Below, piece by piece: positions 33,910 through 42,659 of a DNA stretch of 42,659 nt. The notes beneath the pieces were generated by a model. The model was not told the DNA's origin. It saw only the letters and a program-made list of their open reading frames with translations, and searched no databases. This stretch comes from Octopus bimaculoides (taxonomy: Eukaryota). Both the position numbers and the translations under genes were made by a program. The number at the start of each line of letters is the position of its first letter. Within the stretch, counting starts at the first letter, position 1. The DNA lies in the NCBI RefSeq assembly GCF_001194135.2, contig NC_068999.1, positions 32,722,223 through 32,764,881 of the forward strand, in the 5' to 3' direction.

Positions 33910-34215
33910 TTATTATTGTTAGTATTATTATTTTATTTAACCCATGTTTTATTGGAACTCCTGGAGTCCTACCTGCATAGCAGGCTTGCTACTTGCAGCC
34001 TATGGTACCATGCTATCTGTTCTTTTTAGCTATCTGATACTTTCCTGATTATTCTGGCCATGGCAAGGAGGCAAACCTTTTGTTACAGTTCTACTGGCCA
34101 CTCTATTCCAATATCCTTTATATTACTCTTTGGTGCTTTCTGATACTGTCCCCAAGAACCCAACTATAATTGGCATTATCTGTACCTTCTTCATTTTCTA
34201 TAGCCAGGCTATATT
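33910..34215 (-). mobile_element. R4/Dong-like (restriction-like endonuclease) non-LTR retrotransposon 3' remnant
   Basis: Minus strand L*KMKKVQIMPIIVGFLGTVS / IKDIGIEWPVEL*QKVCLLAMARIIRKVSDS*, matching the PxxVGxLG...LQKxxLLGTARIxRKV terminus of R4/Dong ORFs; (TAA)n-like tail. Confidence 0.75.
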
Positions 34216-34294
34216 GTACTTAGGAAGACTGTATATGTCTGTCTTTTTGCCTTCCTGCTTCACTGTTATTATCATTAAGGCAGCAGCTGGGAGA

Positions 34295-34465
34295 ATCATT
34301 AGCATGCCAGTCAAAATGTGTTGTGATATTTTGTCCATCTTTACATGAGTTCCAGTGAGGTTGACTTTACTTCTCATCCTTTTGAGGTCAATGAAATAAG
34401 TACCATTTGAGCATTGGGGTCAATGTAATCAACTAGATCCCTCCCATAAAATTTCAGTTCCTATA
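34295..34465 (+). mobile_element. SINE family B (further fragments at 7225-7340, 17250-17340, 33150-33285, 33770-33880)
   Basis: GAGGTTGACTTTACTTCTCATCCTTTTGAGGTCAATGAAATAAGTACC. Confidence 0.75.
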
Positions 34466-34725
34466 TTAGACAGGATTGTTATTGTTTTATTCATGTTTGT
34501 TTGTTGTTTTCCTCATCCTCCACTCCTTTCCATTCGTAATTATTTCTATATGTTAATTATCTGGGGTGTGTACATTTGCTACATGTGGTGTTATTTTGAT
34601 TGTGTGCTATGTATAATTTTACCTCTTGTTGAATATATATTAACTAACATTAATAATGTTCATTATCAGAAATATTACATAAATTACAATATAAAATATT
34701 TATTTTATTTGTGGTTTATTTACAT

Positions 34726-34952
34726 CAGTGGTTCTCAACCATTTTTTGCCTATGAATCCATTTGATTCCGATTTTACTCTACTGGACTCCAATGTTAAAA
34801 AAAATAATCCTATTGTATTTTAATAATTAAATATTATGAGATTGTATTAAAAAAATTGTTAAAATATTTTGTGTTTCGTAGAAGTATAATCATTTTATGG
34901 CACATAAACTTTTACAACAAAGTCTTATATGGACTCCAGTTGAGAATCACTA
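34726..34952. mobile_element. hAT-type MITE
   Basis: TIRs CAGTGGTTCTCAAC and GTTGAGAATCACTA (12/14 match); 8-bp TSD ATTTACAT/ATTTATAT. Confidence 0.85.
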
Positions 34953-35150
34953 ATTTATATTTTAATAATTGATTGAATGTATTAATTACTTGGATCTGGT
35001 TTCCTCTTTATTTTGTCTCCAGGCAGTCTGCCTTTCTGACTGTTCTACCAAATTTTCTATTTATCTTTCTCTCTCATGACCATAAACACACCCTCACATC
35101 TATCTGTCTGTCTGTCTGTATGTATGTCTGTCTATCTCTCTATCTATCTA

Positions 35151-35192
<42 letters not shown>

Positions 35193-35249
35193 CATTTCTT
35201 TTTTCTTTCTTGCTTGCTTCATTTTTCTTCTTGTTTATTAGATTCCTTC

Positions 35250-35466
35250 ATAGATGAAGGGAGCTGTTATTACAGCTTGTTGGTTGAAAGTGGACATGAC
35301 AAATTGTGAGGGCATGCTCATCAGCATAGTCAAGATCAGAGGGAAGCAGGTTCTTGCATCTTGATCTCTGCTGCTTGTCTTGGATGAGGTCAAGTCTTTG
35401 CCTCAAGATGTAGTTCATTCCTACTAAGCTACTTTCAGACACACCACCTCTAGCACTACACAACAA
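35250..35466 (-). pseudogene. Non-LTR reverse transcriptase fragment (probably RTE-like)
   Basis: MNYILRQ...LLPSDLDYADEHAL resembles the LxDLDYADDxAL catalytic motif. Confidence 0.6.
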
Positions 35467-35679
35467 ACTAGGTCGACTATAGGTGTATTACAAAACTAGT
35501 ACCATATTGCAAACCTGTGCTAGTACACTATAAGCTATTTCCTATAACTGCCACCACACTACAATCTGAACTCCCACCACCACCACCACCACCACCACTA
35601 TATTACCTTTCTCTGTCAAATTTACCTGTCACATGTCATATTAACCATTTCATCAAATACTTCACAAACTCTCTCTCTT

Positions 35680-35746
<67 letters not shown>

Positions 35747-36338
35747 GTGTTCTTTCTCTCCCTTTCAATTTCAGTCATTTTTAAATCACTTTATCCCCCC
35801 CTCTTCATCTCTTCCCTTTTGTCTTTGAACCATTTTCTGGAAATTATCCCCCCCCCCCCGGTTCAAAGAATGCTGCCAGGAATTGAACAGGCATCTCACT
35901 TCCTCTAATTAGAAGGAAGGAGGAGAATGAGATGATGGACTGGGGCTGTGATGGGGAGAGGAGAATAGAGGGTTGGGGAGAGGAGAGAGAATTAACAAAA
36001 CAGACAGACTTGAAATCTAAAAGAATTAACTTAGATTTCAGGAATGGCATTGTTGTTACTACTGTGGTTCCTGTTACCACTATTTTCCTGTTGTTGCTGT
36101 GATTATTCTTGTCATTATTGTTGTTGTTCTTCCTGTTGTTACTATTGTCATTGTTGTTGTTCTTCTTGTTATTTCTGTTGTTCTTGTGGTTAATTCTCTT
36201 AGGATTATAACCTTCTCCTCTCTCACACATACCTACCATATCCCTACCAGTAACCCATCCTTTACCAAACATAACTTCACAAAGAAAAAAAGAATGCATA
36301 CATATACATGCACATGCACTTACACGTACATATATACA

Positions 36339-36399
<61 letters not shown>

Positions 36400-36957
36400 T
36401 CATAGACATGTATTTATGCATACACATGTATATACACACACATGCACATATGTATATACAACACACATGTAAATATTTATATACACACACACAAACATAT
36501 ATACACATACAAATATATACTTATACACATGCGCACACATTTATATACATGTATTTTTGTGTGTAAGTATATAAATATGCGTTGTTTGCTTATATGTACG
36601 TGTGTGTGTGTGTGTGCACAACCCATATTTATATACTTGCACACATACACTAAAGTTTCTAATTATATATTTTAATTATATTTTTTCATTTACTTTTTGT
36701 TTATTTTATTGTTATTATTATTATTCTGTTGATTGTTTCTTAAATCAGTCATTGATCTGTAAACAGTATTTAAGGAAGTGGAATGTTACTGTTTTTATAT
36801 GGTTGTTGTTGCTGCTGCTGCTGCTCTTACAGTTGTGTTGTTGCTGCTGCTGATGTTGCAGTAGTTGTTGTTTTTGTTGTTACTGCTATTTGCAGCAGTG
36901 TTGTTGTTGTTGCCGACGCTGTTTCTGTTGTAGTTGCAGTTGTTTTTGAGGTTATTG

Positions 36958-37142
36958 ATTTAGCCCAAGGTCAGCCCTAACTCAACACATCTATGATCTG
37001 TCTTTCCACCCATGGCTATCTCCTATCCAGGACCACATCTTCCAACGTGTCCTTCCTTTTTGTTGTTGTGTCATTTAAAGAACACTTGGCTGTTACTTCT
37101 AGCAGGTCAAATGACCTCACAAAGGTTTTTCCCTCTTCATCA
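36958..37142 (-). mobile_element. Family C copy
   Basis: TAGCCCAAGGTCAGCCCT end, AGGACCACATCTTCCAACGTGTCC body and TTGGCTGTTACTTCTAGCAGGTC head. Confidence 0.65.
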
Positions 37143-37686
37143 CCTTGTAACTGTACCGTTGTTGTTTTTGAAAATATCCTTTGTAGAATAACTTTTGATT
37201 ATCCTCCTCCATTGCTATACAGTAGCAGAAATCAACTCCTCCCCTTCACCCTCTTTCCTCCTTTCTTTCCTTTCTCTCTCCATACACGTATACGCAATCG
37301 CTCCAATGTCCAGGTGTATTCGAAGGTACATTTACCATTATCACACACCCACAACCTCTATTGTCAGCTCCACTCCACTCCACACCACACCACACCATAC
37401 TATCCTTGTTATCACTGCCCTACTACCACCACTATCACCTCCATCACTACTACTGCACCACACTTTTCCACTACCGCCATCACAGTCACCACCACCACCA
37501 CCACCACCGCTGCCGCTGCCATCACTATTACCACCACACCTACCATCATCATAACTACTATGCCACCACTATCTCCACTACCACGTCGCCACCACTACCA
37601 TTATGTTATCCATGTGTATGTGAAGACAAAGCCATGCATTTGGTAGTTCCACATGGTTGCCCCTGCTACTGCAGTAATGTGCATTG

Positions 37687-37724
<38 letters not shown>

Positions 37725-39535
37725 GTCTCCCTTTGCCTTCCTTCCCCCCCTCTCTCTCTCTCTCTCTCTCTCTTTATATTACACTTTCAAAATTACACCA
37801 TCACTGCACTCTTACAACTAACACTAACTAACTACTACTACTACTACTACTATTATTGTCATTACTACTACTGCTGCTGCTGCTAGTCTGTGTGCATGGG
37901 TACAACATTTGGACGGTGCCGGGTACATCCTATTCTCTGGGTATGGTCACTTTTATACTCTCTATTTCTCTCTCTCCTATCTACCTCTCTCTCCCCCTCT
38001 CTTGTATTGTTCTTTTATTTCTTTGTAATTCTGTCTCTCTCTGTTTCTCTCAATCTATCTCTCTATGTAAACAAAAATATATATCTGTAAACACACACAC
38101 ACACACACACACACAAATTGTTCTCCCTCACTCGATCTTTCTTTTATGTCCATCCATCCATCTATCTTTCTCTCTCCCTCTCTCTCTCCCCGACTTTTAT
38201 TTACATCTTGTCCTACTGTTGATTACTCAGTCATTAATTAATTCATTCTCTCATCCCCTCTCCTATTACCTCACACACACACACCTGTCACAAATAACAC
38301 TTTATTCCACTTCAATGCATTTCTACACCAGTGATTTCATACCTCACCTAACACATGTTAAACATTTCTGCTTTTCTGTAGCAATACAACGCCGGAACTA
38401 AGCAATGGAATATTGTGTGGCATTAGTGTGATGTTGTCTGTTGTACAGTGGTCATGTGACCTGTTGTGTTGTCTGGTCTATTGTATTCTTTGTGGTTTTG
38501 TTGTTGTCTACCATGTGTATGTGTGTGTTGCCTGTAGTCTGTTCTGTTGACTTCAGTGTGTTCTGTTGTGAGGTGGTCATGTGACCGGTTACATTGTGAG
38601 GCATCAGTGAGGCCTGTTGTGTTACAGTGTGGTGTTAGGAGTTGGGTGGGGTGGATGGATTGGGGTCATCATGTATTGTACTTGCTATCACAGCTTAAAT
38701 ATTTGTTGTCATGGAGTTTTCTCTGCTCTGCATTTTCATTAATGTTGTTACTCTCACCCAAACTGTAAAATCTTGTTTTAATATCAACTATTATTGACAC
38801 TATAGTATCATACTCACTGCTGCCACCACCAATTACAATCACACCTGTCAGCTAAAATCCTGTCCCCCCCNNNNNNNNNNACTTAAATGATAATAAACTG
38901 ATGTTCTCCCAACAGAAATGAAATCTACATGGCTTTCTGTGTGTTGTCCCTTAAGCTGTGTGCACATGTGACTCAATTTATGTTCCTTGAAGCTCCAAAG
39001 TTTTTAGTGTCCACTAAAGTAATATTATCCTTCATTCAACATTGTGTGTGTGTGTGTGTGTATGTGCACTCTGCCGGCTTTTGTTGTTCCATATTTGCAC
39101 TCTGTCTGGTCAATAGGTGGTCAGTTACTGTAGTTCTAAAGAATTCTCCTGTCCCTTGCAACATGCTACAATTAAGATAGAGACCCAATTTTATATACTC
39201 CCTTTAATGTTGGCAACCTTTTGGGGTGTGTGTGTGTGTATGAGAGTGAGAGAGAGGGCAGGAGGGAGGGAGGCGAGGTCTCTGTCTATACATAAAAGAT
39301 GGGTAAGATACTTCATAACTTATTTGAATTCGAGTTTTGTGTTAAAAGAGCGAGTGTTGTAAGCAGGCACTTGTGTGTGTGTGAAACTCTTCATTGTACA
39401 AAGTGTTCAAATATTTCCTATAACACAATGACATGCTACATAAGTGTGTGTGTGTATGTATGTATTTGCATGTGTATGTATGATCTACCTCCACAGGTAA
39501 CATTGACACCTAAACTACATCTACTACTTAATAAA

Positions 39536-40110
39536 GTGATGTGGTTAAGAAGTTTGCTTTGCAACTTAATGGTTCAATCTTGCGGCATGGTACTTTGGAA
39601 AAGTGTCTACTAGTTATTGTTGACCAATAATCTTATCAGTTGAATTTAGTTGATGGAAACTATAGAAATCCAGAATTGAGTATTTGTGTGTACGTATGCA
39701 TGTGTGTATGCCTTGGTGTTGAATTGCGTCTCCTTGTGCCAAATGGTAACTTGACATTTCAGTAAATAGAGATCAATAAAATAAATATCAAGCTAAAATA
39801 AACCCTGGTGTCTATAGGCTTGACTAAACCCCTTAATCCTTTAGCATTCACATTATTTTGTCAAAAATAATGCTTGTTTATTCACATTGTTTTGAATTAC
39901 TCATGCATTATTTTGTAACTATGAGAGTTTGATGAGGTAACTCTTAATTTTTAAAATGATAATGTAGGGTTGGTGTGAGAAGCTAGAGCTGACCAGTTTG
40001 AATATAAAACAGGTAGAATACTTTGACTGCATATGGCCAGTTTAAATGCGAAACCCAGTATGTTTGCAGTCCAATGACTGAAACCACTAAAACTGGAAAA
40101 TAATAGTTGT
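39536..40110 (+). mobile_element. Degenerate SINE family A interrupted by a MITE
   Basis: SINE body at 39536-39832 resumes at 40055 (CCCAGTATG...CAATGACTGAAACC). Confidence 0.7.
39833..40054. mobile_element. TTAA-type (piggyBac-like) MITE, right end degraded
   Basis: Left end TTAATCCTTTAGCATT, right end TTTAAATGCGAAAC; shares segments with 20251-20318. Confidence 0.6.
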
Positions 40111-40455
40111 ATTTAGTGATGTCTATTTATATCTTCCCTCTACCTGGGATACCCACCACTGTTAACACCCCTCCTCCCCACTACCTGCTATACCTATTAA
40201 TCTTCTTTCTACCTGATAAAGTCAACAATGCAGAAGCTCTTACACAGTTGCTGTTGTTGCCACAGAGTGGATGAGTGACGTCACCTAAGCATGGCCACTT
40301 TGCACTGGGGGAATACCACTTTCTCTGCTTCGATATTTTAGTGAAACAGAGATCAGTATTGTGGTCGATGATCACAACAGTAGCAATGACAACTAATATT
40401 AACAGCTCTCATACAATATCAAAAGCAGCTACAAGAAATGATATATATATATATA

Positions 40456-40847
40456 TTCTTTTATTATTTTACTTGTTTCAGTCATTTGACTGTGACCACG
40501 CTGGAGCACCATCATAAAGGTTTTTTTTTTTTAGTTGAAGAAATCGAATCTAGGACTTATTCTTTGTAAGCCTAGTACTTATTCTCTTGGTCTCTTTTGC
40601 TGAACCGCTAAGTTACAGAGGTGTAAGCACACCATCATCAATTGTCAAGCGATGGTGGGGTCAAACACAAAGACACACACATAAATGTATACATCTATGA
40701 TGGGCTTGTTTCAGTTTCCATCTACCAAATCCACTCAGAAGGCTATGGTCAGCCCAAGTAGTAGACACTTGCCCAAGGTGCCACATAGTGGGACTGAACC
40801 GGGAACCATGTTCTTGGGAAGCAAGCTTCTTACTACACAGCCATGCC
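40456..40847 (-). mobile_element. SINE family A
   Basis: Full-length reverse complement homology. Confidence 0.88.
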
Positions 40848-40891
40848 ATATATATTTTCAGATTGTGGCCAGGAATTATTTTCTTTCTCTT

Positions 40892-40945
<54 letters not shown>

Positions 40946-42005
40946 TACCAACCTACCTACCTACATGTGATGGTGATAATAGAGACAGCAATGCAAGAAT
41001 CAGTTCTGCTGGTGAGTTTTACTTATAGACTGGTGGTGTCCTTTCCCAGTGGAAGATTCATCACAGTTCCATTTGGTTGCTCCCAAGTCAAGTGCTCATC
41101 TGCAGACATAGGATCTCTATCATCCCCACCACCACCACCACCACCACTTCTTTCCTCTTTGGTTTGTGCTGAGTTCTTAATAACATAAGAAAGAATAACA
41201 ACAATAGCAGCAGCAACCACAAGGTATCATTAACAACAACTACAACACCAACATCAACAAAAATAACTAGCTGCAGCAACTACATTGCTGCATCATCATC
41301 ACCATCACCATCATTTAAGACAACAACAGATGATTCTTCATGTATTTCATGATGCTCACATTTAATATTCCATGAAAAAAAAAATTTCTAACTTTGCTTT
41401 AAAACATCTTTGAAGATTATAATCCTGATCCTCATTGCACTATACGATAAATATATACATTCACACGCATATACACACATGTATTATCTTAAAAATAATC
41501 AAATGCGACATGCATTTATGTTTCTCTCCTAGAGAAGGAGTTTGTCAAGTTAGAATACTAGACACATTACTCCTCTAAGAAAAGAACATATTAATATTTG
41601 TCACATTCAATTATTTTAAAAAAATATTATTAGTTAATCTGTTTCTATTAATGATGTGTTCTTTAGACTGTGGATTTTGTTTTTGATTTGGATACAGGAA
41701 TAACCTCTCTGTTGCTATGCATGTTCCATCTTCATAACTATCATTAGCACTCCGTACCACCACCACCGCCATAAGAACAAATGTTTCTAACAACAGTACA
41801 AGGCCAACGTTTTGAGTGTAGGTGGGGTTAGTTGATTAAATCAACACTTCCTAGATTTAATTGCACTTCCATTTAAGCCAAAACACTTAATACATAGAGT
41901 GGATATATTTATATATAAAATAATGACTCCTTCAGACTCATTACTTCAATATGTTTATGTTATGCATAAAAATGTGTCTATATATGCACACTCACCTTGG
42001 TTCTG

Positions 42006-42069
<64 letters not shown>

Positions 42070-42091
42070 GTGTGTGTACGTACACACACAC

Positions 42092-42489
42092 CTTTTATCT
42101 TATACGTGTTTAAGTTATTAGGCTGCACCCATTTAGGGGCAGTATTTGGAAGAACTTTTAGTCAAATGAATCAACCCCAATATTTCTTTCTTTTCTAACT
42201 ATGGTACTTATTGCATCACTCTCTTGCCACACCGCTGAGTTATGGGGACGGAAACAAACCAACACAAGTTATCGTGGTGGTGGGAAATAAGCCCGTGCTT
42301 AAAAGCAAACACACACCCACATGGATACACCACATTCTTCTTTCAGTTTTTGCCTAATACATCCACTCACAAGACATTGGGTGGCTCCATGCTACAACAG
42401 ACGACACTTGACCAAAGGACTTTGCATTGGAACTGATCCCAGAACCAGGTGGCTAGAAAGCAAGCTTCTTACCACACAGCCATGCCTCC
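42092..42489 (-). mobile_element. Degenerate SINE family A
   Basis: CTTTCAGTTTT, ATCCACTCACAAG, GACACTTGACCAAAG and AGCAAGCTTCTTACCACACAGCCATGCC. Confidence 0.8.
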
Positions 42490-42504
42490 GCTTGAGTGCA
42501 TCAT

Positions 42505-42659
<155 letters not shown>

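Noticed and set aside
41023-41220. Minus-strand peptide LTWEQPNGTVM resembling an Ig-domain strand of LRR-Ig proteins
   Set aside because: It is followed by a stop within 12 codons, has no Cys framework, and is flanked by simple repeats.

Overview
AT-rich eukaryotic genomic DNA with seven N-gaps, very dense microsatellites and dense retroposon and DNA-transposon relics. The SINE families look like those of Octopus (coleoid cephalopod); this is recognition from memory, and no database search was run. No intact protein-coding gene, rRNA, functional tRNA or CRISPR array is supported. Almost all entries in the ORF track are microsatellite, gap or antisense artefacts. Real coding remnants: a Penelope-like GIY-YIG endonuclease C-terminus (2-239), an L1/Tx1-type ORF2 3' end (16042-17115, minus), two mariner transposases (22287-23203 plus; 25481-26629 minus, D,D34D), an R4/Dong-like C-terminus (~33.9-34.2 kb), an RT YAD motif fragment (~35.3 kb) and an RTE C-terminus (~3.7 kb). 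The most interesting signal is non-coding: several type I hammerhead ribozyme (HHR) folds with the palindromic stem III typical of Penelope-like elements (PLEs). One nearly perfect HHR lies at 27182-27240 (minus). Two more sit in the 141-bp inverted arms of a 468-bp, TSD-flanked element (20748-21215) whose loop is a tRNA-derived Pol III head, so it is a candidate ribozyme-carrying, PLE-mobilised SINE. A degenerate relic lies at ~716-758. A separate multi-copy element has a head resembling an HDV/CPEB3-type ribozyme (inference only). Coordinates of degenerate repeats are approximate.
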